A stretch of 64,000 nt of DNA. It comes from an uncultured Acidobacteriota bacterium. Lineage in GTDB: Bacteria > Actinomycetota > Acidimicrobiia > Spongiisociales > ZC4RG35. The translations under genes were made by a program, and so were the position numbers. A model generated the notes under the pieces. It was given only the letters and a program-made list of their open reading frames with translations. It did no database searches and was not told the origin of the DNA. Location: positions 32,001-96,000 of the forward strand of contig CAWHEU010000026.1 in assembly GCA_963828465.1 (NCBI GenBank). The letters are read 5' to 3'. Positions 9,815 through 18,678 of the stretch are shown piece after piece; within the stretch, counting starts at the first letter, position 1; each line of letters begins with the position of its first letter.

Positions 9815-11004
9815 CTGCTGAGGGCGCCCTGACCGGTCTCAGGGTGATCGATCTCTCCCGGGTTTTGGCCGGCCCTCTTTGCACTCAGACCCTCGGTGAC
9901 CTGGGGGCGGAGGTGATCAAGGTGGAGCGGCCGGGAGAGGGCGACGACACCCGCAACTGGGGACCGCCGTACGCCGGGCCGCTCTCCGCCTACTTCATCG
10001 GAGTGAATCGCAACAAGAGGAGCCTCGCCCTCGACCTGTCCCGACCCGAGGGGCGGGCGGTGCTCGACCGGCTGATCCGCAGCGGCGATGTGTTGGTCGA
10101 CAATTTCAAGCAAGGGACACTCGCCCGCTGGGGTTTCGACGACGCTTGGTTCGATGCGAATGCCCCTGCCGTGATCCGTTGCTCGATCACCGGCTACGGA
10201 TCGACCGGGCCGAAGTCGGAGATGCCCGGCTACGACTTCATCCTCCAGGCAGAGACCGGCCTCATGGCGATAACCGGTGAGCAAGACGGGACGCCGATGA
10301 AGTTGGGGGTGGCCATCGTGGATCTTTGCACCGGAATGCAGGCGACGATCGCGATCCTCGCCGCCCTCGAGGCGCGACGACGGAACGGTCGGGGACAGCG
10401 TTGTGAAGTGAATCTGCACGACACCGGTCTCCACCTCCTGGCCAATGTCGCTTCCAACTACCTGGTGTCGGGTGACGAGGCGGCTCGCTACGGAAACGGC
10501 CACCCGAACATCGTCCCCTACCGAACGTATGCGGCGTCAGACGGTGAGTTGGCCCTCGCCGTGGGCAACGACCGGCAGTTCGCAGTGCTGGTGGGGGAGG
10601 TCGGGCACCCGGAGTGGGCTGAAGACCCCCGTTTCGCCACCAATCCGGAACGAGTTCGAAACCGCTACCTCGTCGATGAGATGGTGGGCCGGGTCATGGC
10701 GACCAGGAGTAGGGCGGAGTGGGTCGAGACCTTCGATCGCATCGGGGTCCCGTCCGGCCCCATCAATCGAATCTCCGAAGCGCTATCCAGCCCGCAAGCC
10801 CTGGCCCGGGAGATGGTGATGGAGAACGAGCACAGCGTCGCCGGGAGGGTCAGCACTCTGGGCTTGCCCATCGAGATGGCGGAAACACCTTCCTCGGTGC
10901 GTCGCGAGCCACCGATGCTGGGGGCGGATACCGATGCGGTCTTGGGAGAGCTGGGCTACTCGGTCGAGGAGGTCGCCGGGTTGCGGTCGGCCGGCGTGGT
11001 CTGA
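9811..11004 (+). CDS. CaiB/BaiF class III CoA-transferase
   Basis: DLSRVLAGP, LGAEVIKVE, NRNKRS, PGYD. Confidence 0.92.
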   Translation: MTAEGALTGLRVIDLSRVLAGPLCTQTLGDLGAEVIKVERPGEGDDTRNWGPPYAGPLSAYFIGVNRNKRSLALDLSRPEGRAVLDRLIRSGDVLVDNFKQGTLARWGFDDAWFDANAPAVIRCSITGYGSTGPKSEMPGYDFILQAETGLMAITGEQDGTPMKLGVAIVDLCTGMQATIAILAALEARRRNGRGQRCEVNLHDTGLHLLANVASNYLVSGDEAARYGNGHPNIVPYRTYAASDGELALAVGNDRQFAVLVGEVGHPEWAEDPRFATNPERVRNRYLVDEMVGRVMATRSRAEWVETFDRIGVPSGPINRISEALSSPQALAREMVMENEHSVAGRVSTLGLPIEMAETPSSVRREPPMLGADTDAVLGELGYSVEEVAGLRSAGVV

Positions 11005-11072
11005 GCGACCTCGAAGAAATTCCTTGGATCGGGCGACGAGGGTATGGATTCTGTCACGGCGGCCTTGTAGTG

Positions 11073-11088
11073 TCGAACGTATGTTCGA
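11073..11088. promoter_or_regulatory. LexA (SOS) box TCGAAC-GTAT-GTTCGA over the DUF222 start codon
   Basis: Perfect match to the actinobacterial TCGAAC-N4-GTTCGA consensus; -10-like TAGTGT at 11068-11073. Confidence 0.85.
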
Positions 11089-12388
11089 TACTGAGATTCT
11101 GCCTTCCGATCTCGACCTCCTCGACCAGGAGTGGGCCGAAGATTCGGATGGGCTGCCGGCGGATCTGGAGTCGATTCCTCCGGGTCTGCTGCTGGGAGTG
11201 ATCCTGTCCAGTGTGGATCGGGATCGGTTGTCGGGGTTTGACCGGGTGCGGCTCTTGAAGGCTGATGCTCGGATGGTGGCTCATTTTCAGGCCCGGGTTT
11301 ATGCAGACATCCATTCGGTCTCCGAGTCGGTCACCGAGTTGCACTATCCGGAGGCCCCCAACCCGCAGGACATTTTCGAGACGGCTTCTTCGGAGGTGCA
11401 GGCCGCCTTGTCGCTGACCCGTCGGTCCGCTGATGTCCAGGTCGAACTGGCGTTTCTGCTCTGTGAACGACTTCCCGCGGTGTGGGAGGCGCTCCATGCC
11501 GGGTTGATCGACCTTCCTCGGGCTCGGGTCCTCTCTGATCTGACCATGCCCCTACCTCGGGAACTGGCTCGACAGGTGTGTGATACCGCCTTGGAACGTG
11601 CTCCTTCATTGACCACCGGACAACTACGAGCTCATCTGCAGAGGCTGATCATTTCGGTCGACCCGGCTGCTGCCATGGAACGATTTGAGCAGAAGCTGGA
11701 AGAGCGGAGAGTGTTCTCGGAACAGGGTGAGGATGGCACCGCCAATCTCTACGGTCTCAACCTGCCACCGGCAGAGACGAATCGGGCGATGAGACGGATC
11801 AACCGGCTGGCCCGTGCTCTCAAAGCGAAAGGTGACCGGCGGCGGATCGATCAGATCCGAGCCGACATCCTTCTCGACCTGCTCACCGGGAAGGGTCAAC
11901 CCGACGGATCCTCCGACAAAGGCTTTGTCGAGATTCGGGTCGATATGACCACCCTGGCTGGTATCGACGATGATCCGGCCGAGATTCCCGGATTTGGACC
12001 GGTCCTGGCCGATGTCGCCCGAAAGATCGTCGACGAAGCATCTGATTCAGAATGGCGGATCATCCCAGTCGATGAGGACGGACAGGCGGTAGGAGTTGTC
12101 ACCACCAGAAGACGGCCCACCACCGCCCAGAAACGAGTCGTGGAGACCCGGAATCCGACCTGTGTCTTCCCCGGTTGTCGGATGCCCGCCGACGAATGCG
12201 ATCTCAACCATGAGGTTCTCTGGGCGGAAGCGCATCGGACTACGGCCCGGGAGCTCGGACCACTCTGTCGACATGATCACATCAACCGTCATCGTCACCG
12301 ATGGAAACTGAAACAGATCAGACCCGGCATCTATGAGTGGACCAGCCCACTCGGCCACACCTACCTCACCGGACCCGAGCGGCCCTGA
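11081..12388 (+). CDS. DUF222 / HNH endonuclease (13E12-repeat-like) protein
   Basis: GLIDLPRARV, QIRAD, PAEIPGFGPV, CVFPGC...CDLNH...LGPLCRHDH...WTSPLGHTY. Confidence 0.9.
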   Translation: MFDTEILPSDLDLLDQEWAEDSDGLPADLESIPPGLLLGVILSSVDRDRLSGFDRVRLLKADARMVAHFQARVYADIHSVSESVTELHYPEAPNPQDIFETASSEVQAALSLTRRSADVQVELAFLLCERLPAVWEALHAGLIDLPRARVLSDLTMPLPRELARQVCDTALERAPSLTTGQLRAHLQRLIISVDPAAAMERFEQKLEERRVFSEQGEDGTANLYGLNLPPAETNRAMRRINRLARALKAKGDRRRIDQIRADILLDLLTGKGQPDGSSDKGFVEIRVDMTTLAGIDDDPAEIPGFGPVLADVARKIVDEASDSEWRIIPVDEDGQAVGVVTTRRRPTTAQKRVVETRNPTCVFPGCRMPADECDLNHEVLWAEAHRTTARELGPLCRHDHINRHRHRWKLKQIRPGIYEWTSPLGHTYLTGPERP

Positions 12389-12399
12389 CGAGGTCGGAG

Positions 12400-13401
12400 C
12401 TACCCGACCCTCATCAACACCTTGAGCGAGGACGGGTCATGGACCAGTTCGAAGGCTTTCTCCGCCTCCTCCAAGCCCAGCTCGTGGGTCACGATCGGCT
12501 CGAGCGTGAGCGCGCCGGAGGCAGCCAGATCAACCCCGTCGGCGTAATCGCCAACCACCGCAGCGCGAGGGTTGTGGAGGGTGAGTTCCTTGTGATAGAG
12601 CTGGTAATAGGGGAGCCCGTTCTCGCCTCCGGTGAGGGTGCCATAGACCAACACTTCGCCCCCGGTCCCGGCAAGCTCGATGGCCCGGGCCAAAGTGGCC
12701 TCGGTGCCTACAGCCTCGACCACTACATCCGGGCCGCGACCGGAAGTGACCTTGGCAAGCACGTCAGGTGCCTGATCGGGCGACGCGGTGTGATGGGTGC
12801 CGGTGGTGGTCGCCAGCTCTCGTTTCCACTCTGAGCGGGTGATCCCCACCACCGTCATTCCCCGTAAACGGAGGAGTTGGGTGATTAGCTGGCCGGCGAC
12901 ACCGAGGCCGACGACCGCGGCCACCTGCCCGGGGAAAGGATCGAGTGTCTTGACGGCATGGACGCAGGTGCCCAGGACCTGGAGGACTCCCGACGCCTTG
13001 TCAGAAACACTGGGTGGAACGGGAATCAGGCGGTTGAACGGGACTACGGCGTACTCGGTGAACACCCCGTCGACATCCCGGCCGAGCAAACCACCGTTCA
13101 CGCATATGTTGAAGCGACCCGCCCGGCACATGTGACACCATCCGCATGCAACACCGGGGTCGACCAGGACCCTGGTGCCGGCCTGATACGGCGACTCCGG
13201 AGGCGCGCCAACTACCTCGCCGACCATCTCATGGCCCATGATCCGTGGGTAGTCCACCGGGATCTTGCCGGCCAGGATCTTGACATCCGTGCCGCAGATC
13301 CCGACCTGGCCAACCCGGACCAGGACCGAGGGCCCGGCATCGGGCTCGGGCACATCGCCCACTTCGATGACTCCGGGCGTTTGGACACGGACCGCTCTCA
13401 A
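12400..13401 (-). CDS. Zn-dependent medium-chain alcohol/polyol dehydrogenase
   Basis: GICGTD, GHE, CGWCHMC...C, GLGVAG. Confidence 0.9.
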   Translation of the reverse strand: MRAVRVQTPGVIEVGDVPEPDAGPSVLVRVGQVGICGTDVKILAGKIPVDYPRIMGHEMVGEVVGAPPESPYQAGTRVLVDPGVACGWCHMCRAGRFNICVNGGLLGRDVDGVFTEYAVVPFNRLIPVPPSVSDKASGVLQVLGTCVHAVKTLDPFPGQVAAVVGLGVAGQLITQLLRLRGMTVVGITRSEWKRELATTTGTHHTASPDQAPDVLAKVTSGRGPDVVVEAVGTEATLARAIELAGTGGEVLVYGTLTGGENGLPYYQLYHKELTLHNPRAAVVGDYADGVDLAASGALTLEPIVTHELGLEEAEKAFELVHDPSSLKVLMRVG

Positions 13402-13469
13402 GAAACTCCTCGGATGGCTCGTGAATGGTAGGAGCCGTCCCGGTGCGCCGACTTTGTAGGCTGACGCCT

Positions 13470-14156
13470 ATGGAACAGACACCCGAGCTTCGAATCTCGC
13501 CGCCCGAGGAGGGGTTCGCCGCCACCCGGCAGACGGCGCACGAATTCGTGCGAAGCGTCCTGCGCCGCGCCATTCTCAATGGCGAGCTGGCGAGCGGGAG
13601 CCGGCTGGTTCAGGCCGAGCTGGCCGCGATGCTCGACGTGAGCACGACTCCGGTACGCGAGGCGCTGCGTGATCTGGCCACGGAGGGACTGGTCCACTTC
13701 GACCCCCATCGCGGGGCCATCGTGTCCGAGCTCAGCGATGAAGACGTACACGACATCTACGAGATACGTCGGGTGCTGGAGCCTCTTGCAATGAGACAGG
13801 CGGTGCCCAATGTGAGCGATGCCCTCCTCGGCAGGCTGCGCCGGCTCCACCAGGGGATGCTCGACGAACCTCACTCGGTCGATTGGGTCGATCGAAATCG
13901 GGTCTTTCATATGGCCGTCTATGAGACAGCTGCGTCGCCGCGGCTGGCGGCCATCATTCGCAACCTCCAGGACGCTTCCGTTATGTACATCGGGGCGTCG
14001 CTCAAGCACAAACCCGGTCTGCGCGAGGCGGCCAACCACGGTCACGCCGACATCCTCGATGCGTTGGAAAAGCGTGACGTCGAAGCCGCGGTGAAGGCGT
14101 TGGACGAGCATCTCCGCACTTCGATCGACGCCTTCGAGTCCAAAGACGAGGACTGA
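13470..14156 (+). CDS. GntR (FCD) family transcriptional regulator, leaderless
   Basis: VSTTPVREAL HTH, FCD NRVFH; TAGGCT-N7-ATG. Confidence 0.92.
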   Translation: MEQTPELRISPPEEGFAATRQTAHEFVRSVLRRAILNGELASGSRLVQAELAAMLDVSTTPVREALRDLATEGLVHFDPHRGAIVSELSDEDVHDIYEIRRVLEPLAMRQAVPNVSDALLGRLRRLHQGMLDEPHSVDWVDRNRVFHMAVYETAASPRLAAIIRNLQDASVMYIGASLKHKPGLREAANHGHADILDALEKRDVEAAVKALDEHLRTSIDAFESKDED

Positions 14157-14163
14157 GGCCCGC

Positions 14164-15093
14164 TCACGGCACCTCCTGGGGGTCGAGGATTTCTGCGGTT
14201 TCTGCGGTCTTCTGGCGATCAGACAACAGATTCAGGGCAACCCCGGCGACCACCAGTATCAGCCCGAGGAGCAGCGAGGTAGTCACGTCCTCGCCGAGGA
14301 TGATGGCCGAGGACAAGACGCCCACCACGGGCACCGCCATGAGGGTGAGGTTGGTCGAGACCGCGGAGAGATTCCGCAAGATCACGATCTGCACCCAGAA
14401 GGCGATGCCGCTGGCCAGCACGCCCTGATAAATGACTATCCAGATCAGTTGCGGCGTCCAAGCGATCACCGGAGGCCCCTCGACTGCAAAGCCGAGGACG
14501 ATGAGGATCAATGTCGCTGCCAACAGCTGCCACGGCATCGAGTCGAGAGGGGCGATGCTCCAGCGATGGGCCCGAATGTGGACCGAGGTCGCGGCGTTGG
14601 TGATCGCGGCGACGATCAGCAAGGCGTGGCCGATAGCCACACCTGGCTCCGTCCAGTCGAAACCCCAGGGCTCGAACAGCGCGAGAACTCCGGCGATGCC
14701 GAGTGACAGGCCGAGCCATCGCGCTCGAGTCATTCTTTCCCCGAGGAAGATCGCCGCGATTGGCACGGTCCACAGGCTGCTTGTCCACACCACCACCGAG
14801 GAGCGGCCCGCAGGCACCAGCTCGAGTGCGGTGAAGACAAGGACTGTCACCGCCGTGAGTCGAAACAGGGCCATGGAGGTGACGATGGGGAGGTCTCGGC
14901 GCGGTGGCACAACCAGCGTCCTCCTCGCCAGGGCCACCCCGACCATCAACGCCGTTGCCGTTCCGATGCGAAGAGCGCCCATCCAGATCGGGGCGATCGA
15001 CTTCACTCCGGTCGCCATCACGGGCCAGTTCAGGCCGAGAATGAGGACGACCAGAGTCAGCAGCGCATAGATCACCGGCCGGGACAACTTCAT
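14164..15093 (-). CDS. DMT/EamA family transporter
   Basis: About 10 TM helices, GLNWP, LGE repeats; start 15093 or 15102. Confidence 0.85.
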   Translation of the reverse strand: MKLSRPVIYALLTLVVLILGLNWPVMATGVKSIAPIWMGALRIGTATALMVGVALARRTLVVPPRRDLPIVTSMALFRLTAVTVLVFTALELVPAGRSSVVVWTSSLWTVPIAAIFLGERMTRARWLGLSLGIAGVLALFEPWGFDWTEPGVAIGHALLIVAAITNAATSVHIRAHRWSIAPLDSMPWQLLAATLILIVLGFAVEGPPVIAWTPQLIWIVIYQGVLASGIAFWVQIVILRNLSAVSTNLTLMAVPVVGVLSSAIILGEDVTTSLLLGLILVVAGVALNLLSDRQKTAETAEILDPQEVP

Positions 15094-15120
15094 GCCACGC
15101 ATCTCTCTTCGACCGTTAAC

Positions 15121-16134
15121 GTGCCCCGACCTCTTGTGACGACGATCGACATCCACTGCCATCTGGCCACCCCGGCCAGCCGAAGCCCGGTCGATGCACA
15201 TCGCAAACCAGAGCACGAGCCCTACGACTTCTATATGGGCCAGGACTCGCGGGATCACAACAAGGTGATGTACCCCGGGATCGTCGAACAGCTCACCAAC
15301 CCGGCGTCGCGCCTCCAGGACATGGACCGTATGGGCGTGGACATCCAGGGTTTGGCCACCTTCGTCTCGGAGTACCACTACTGGGCGCCCGCCGATCTCG
15401 CCGCGGAGTCGGCCCGCATCCAGAACGACAACGTGGCATCTATCGCGTCCGAGAACCCGGACCGGTTCGTCGCACTGGGGGCCACGGTCCCGCTTCAGGA
15501 TGTGGACCTGGCCATTGGCGAGATGGACCGGGCCGTCGACGAACTGGGATTCAAAGGTCTCCAGATCGGGGGCACGATCGATGGGCTCAACCTCGACGAT
15601 CCCGGCTTCCGCCCGTTTTGGGCAGCGGTCGAGGCGAAGGGGATCCCGGTCATCCTTCACCCGAGTGGCTATCCGGAAGGACAGCGTTTCGGCAGCTACT
15701 TCTTGACCAATTGCATCGGGAACCCGTTGGAGACGATGGTGGCTGCGACGAGGATGATCTTCAGCGGGCTCTTCGAGGATCACCCCGGGATCAAGCTGGT
15801 GCTCCTCCACGGCGGCGGCTATCTCCCGTTCTACAGCTCGCGGGCCGATCACACCTGGAAAGTTCGGCCCGAGACCCGTGTTGCGATCCCGGACCATCCT
15901 CCGAGCCACTACATGAAGAAGCTCTTTTACGACACCATGGTGTTCCAGCCGCTGTATCTGCGTCACCTGATCGAGATCGTCGGAGTCGACCGGGTGATGC
16001 TGGGGACGGATTACCCATTCGACATGGGTGAGACCGATCCACTCGGCCTGATCCACGCTACCGAAGGCGTGTCCGACGCGGACCGGGAAGCGATCACGGG
16101 ACTCAACGCCGCCCGTGTGTTCGACCTGGGCTGA
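15121..16134 (+). CDS. Amidohydrolase-2 (ACMSD-like) family protein
   Basis: IDIHCH, ILHP, LHGGGYLP, LGTDYPFDMG. Confidence 0.9.
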   Translation: MPRPLVTTIDIHCHLATPASRSPVDAHRKPEHEPYDFYMGQDSRDHNKVMYPGIVEQLTNPASRLQDMDRMGVDIQGLATFVSEYHYWAPADLAAESARIQNDNVASIASENPDRFVALGATVPLQDVDLAIGEMDRAVDELGFKGLQIGGTIDGLNLDDPGFRPFWAAVEAKGIPVILHPSGYPEGQRFGSYFLTNCIGNPLETMVAATRMIFSGLFEDHPGIKLVLLHGGGYLPFYSSRADHTWKVRPETRVAIPDHPPSHYMKKLFYDTMVFQPLYLRHLIEIVGVDRVMLGTDYPFDMGETDPLGLIHATEGVSDADREAITGLNAARVFDLG

Positions 16135-16142
16135 CCGGGTTC

Positions 16143-17444
16143 TCATTCCTGGGCCGGCTCGTATCGATAGTGGAAGAAGTCGGGGGCCCAGCGGGCGATG
16201 ACCAGGGCTCCGATGATGCAGGCGAGTCCGCCGGAGACGACGCTGAATCGAATCGAAGTGAGCTCGGCCACGATTCCCGCCTCGAGATCACCGAGCCTGG
16301 GCCCGCCCGCCACCACTGCTGTGTGCATCCCGGACATGCGCCCTCGCATCTCGTCAGGCGCGGTCAACTGGATGATGCTGCTCCGGAAGATCGCCGACAC
16401 GACATCGGCGGCGCCGGCGAAGCCCAACATGATGAGGGCGATGGTCAGCGAGTCGGTCAATCCGAACACCGCGATCGAGACGCCCCAGCCGATGACGGCC
16501 ATGACTGTCGCCCGCCCTTGGCGGCGCACCGATCCGACCCACCCCGAGGTGACGGCCCCGACCAACGCTCCGACCCCGGGCGCGGCATAGAGGAGCCCGA
16601 CCGTGAAAGCGTCTCCGCCAAACACCTCGGTGCCCATGGCTGGGAACAACGCGGTGGGCATCCCGAAGACCATCGCGTTGAGGTCGATTAGGAGAGCGGC
16701 CTGGATGACTCGCCGGCCCTTCAGATACCTGAAACCCTCGGTCACCGAGGAGAGCTCGAGCTTTCTCCCGCCCCCTTCCGTAGCCACATCTGGGACACGT
16801 CGCATGAGCGCGGCGCCGATCAGAAACATCACCACTTCTATCCCGTATGTGAAAGGGAGCCCCGCCGTGGAGATCAGCAGCCCGGCGACGGCTGGGAGGG
16901 CGGCGGCGGCGGCGGTGGTCAGAGTCTGGTTCAGTGCCAGCGAGGCGGGGAGGAGGGCACGCCCGACCAGACCAGGCACGATCGCATGACGGGCCGGCGA
17001 GTCGATGGCAGAAACGCCGGCGTTGATCGCAACCAGCACATAAATCAGCCAGATCATCGGTGTCTCGGCCATCGAGTTCCAGAGCAACCCGGTGGCGGTC
17101 ATCGCAAGGGTGAGCTGGGAGATGACCAGGAGCCTGCGGCGATTGATGGCGTCCGCCAGGGCCCCGCCAACCACCGATACCAGGAGCAAAGGCACCAACT
17201 GGGCCAGCCCCAGCAATCCGACGGCCAGGGTCGAGTCGGTGAGCTGGAAGATCTGGAAGGGCGCTGCGACGACGGTCATCATCCGGCCGGCGTGCACGAA
17301 GAACATCCCGGCAAAGAGCCAGCGATAACCCGGGACCTGGCGCAGTGGCGTCACGTCCACCACCGCCAACCGTCCCCAATTCCGCAGCCGATCCCTCAAC
17401 CGATCATCCTTCCCTGGCCTCGCCCGTGTGACCGTCGGGACCAC
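16143..17444 (-). CDS. MFS transporter (EntS/MFS_3-like)
   Basis: GGALADAINRRRLL, APDEMRGRM; start uncertain. Confidence 0.85.
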   Translation of the reverse strand: MVPTVTRARPGKDDRLRDRLRNWGRLAVVDVTPLRQVPGYRWLFAGMFFVHAGRMMTVVAAPFQIFQLTDSTLAVGLLGLAQLVPLLLVSVVGGALADAINRRRLLVISQLTLAMTATGLLWNSMAETPMIWLIYVLVAINAGVSAIDSPARHAIVPGLVGRALLPASLALNQTLTTAAAAALPAVAGLLISTAGLPFTYGIEVVMFLIGAALMRRVPDVATEGGGRKLELSSVTEGFRYLKGRRVIQAALLIDLNAMVFGMPTALFPAMGTEVFGGDAFTVGLLYAAPGVGALVGAVTSGWVGSVRRQGRATVMAVIGWGVSIAVFGLTDSLTIALIMLGFAGAADVVSAIFRSSIIQLTAPDEMRGRMSGMHTAVVAGGPRLGDLEAGIVAELTSIRFSVVSGGLACIIGALVIARWAPDFFHYRYEPAQE

Positions 17445-17481
17445 CCGGGAAGCTGACCTGTTGTCTGCTCATTCTATGGGA

Positions 17482-18678
17482 TCATTCGAGGTCCACCCGA
17501 AGCGTCTCCGGCACCCTCCGCCACAGCACACCTGCGCCGATGAGCCCGACGCCGGCGACGGCGATCGAGGCCGCGCCAAGCGACAAAAGCGATGTCACCG
17601 CGGCTACCAACAAGGGTCCTCCTGCCGTCCCCAGGTCGCTGACCAGACGCCACACACCGAAGAACTGGCTTCGGCCGGCTTCGGGTGATAGATCCGAGCC
17701 AAGTGTCAAGTTCACCCCCGACCCCAGTCCGTTGGCCAGCCCCAACAGGAGGCTCACCAGGAACAAGCTGGCGAAATCGGTGGTCAATGGGATGAGTGCC
17801 ATCCCCAGCGACAGCAGTATGAGACTCGGGACGGCCACCCATTTTCTCCCCTTGGAGTCCATGAGCATCCCAACCGGGTAGAAGATCAGCATCTCGATCC
17901 CCGAGGAGGCCCCGAAGACGAGCGAGATCTGGCTGGGGCTCAGACCGAGATGATCTCCCCACAGCGGGATGACCGCCTGGCGTGCCGTTCGTAACACTTG
18001 GAACGTCACTGCCACCAAACCCGCTGTCCCCAGTATCCGTCGATGGTCGCGTATCACCTGGCGCATCGAGACGGGGACCGTTGCCACAGTCGCGGCCCGC
18101 TCGGGCTCGGGGGCAAGCACGAGCGTGACCGCCGCCGCCACCGCAAGAGCCGCCTGCATGAAGAAGGGTGCTACGAGCCCGAAGGGGATGATGAGGAGGC
18201 CACCGATGAGCGGGCCGATGAACTGACCGATTCGCATCGTTCCCCCCACCATCGACATGACCCGGCCCCGATGCGGCAGAGGTGTGGCCTCGGTTGCATA
18301 GGCGAGCCGTGCCAGAGCCCATATCGACCACGCTCCCCCCATGAGAAAGACGAGGGCCGCGAACACAGGGAGCGAAGGCCCCAACCCGATCCCGAGAGCG
18401 ACGAGCCCGAGTCCCGCCGTGGCGATGAGCATCGCCCACCGCTCACCGACCCGGGCGACGAGTTGGCCGGCCGGGAGGTCGAAGAAGAGGGTGCCGATGC
18501 CGCGGAGTGCGACGATCGCGCCGGCCATCGCCGGCGAGGCTCCGAGGTCCAGGGCGACCAGGGCGATGACGGGAGTGGCCGCCCCCTGGCCGATGGCGAA
18601 GAGGATGCCGGGCAGATAGACGGTCCGGGTGAGAGAGGCGACCCGAAACTGCCTGTCGCCGTGAGGGGTCTCGCTCAC
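17482..18678 (-). CDS. MFS transporter
   Basis: PAGQLVARVGER, RGRVMS, GMLMDSKGRK; GTGA overlap with upstream stop. Confidence 0.85.
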   Translation of the reverse strand: MSETPHGDRQFRVASLTRTVYLPGILFAIGQGAATPVIALVALDLGASPAMAGAIVALRGIGTLFFDLPAGQLVARVGERWAMLIATAGLGLVALGIGLGPSLPVFAALVFLMGGAWSIWALARLAYATEATPLPHRGRVMSMVGGTMRIGQFIGPLIGGLLIIPFGLVAPFFMQAALAVAAAVTLVLAPEPERAATVATVPVSMRQVIRDHRRILGTAGLVAVTFQVLRTARQAVIPLWGDHLGLSPSQISLVFGASSGIEMLIFYPVGMLMDSKGRKWVAVPSLILLSLGMALIPLTTDFASLFLVSLLLGLANGLGSGVNLTLGSDLSPEAGRSQFFGVWRLVSDLGTAGGPLLVAAVTSLLSLGAASIAVAGVGLIGAGVLWRRVPETLRVDLE

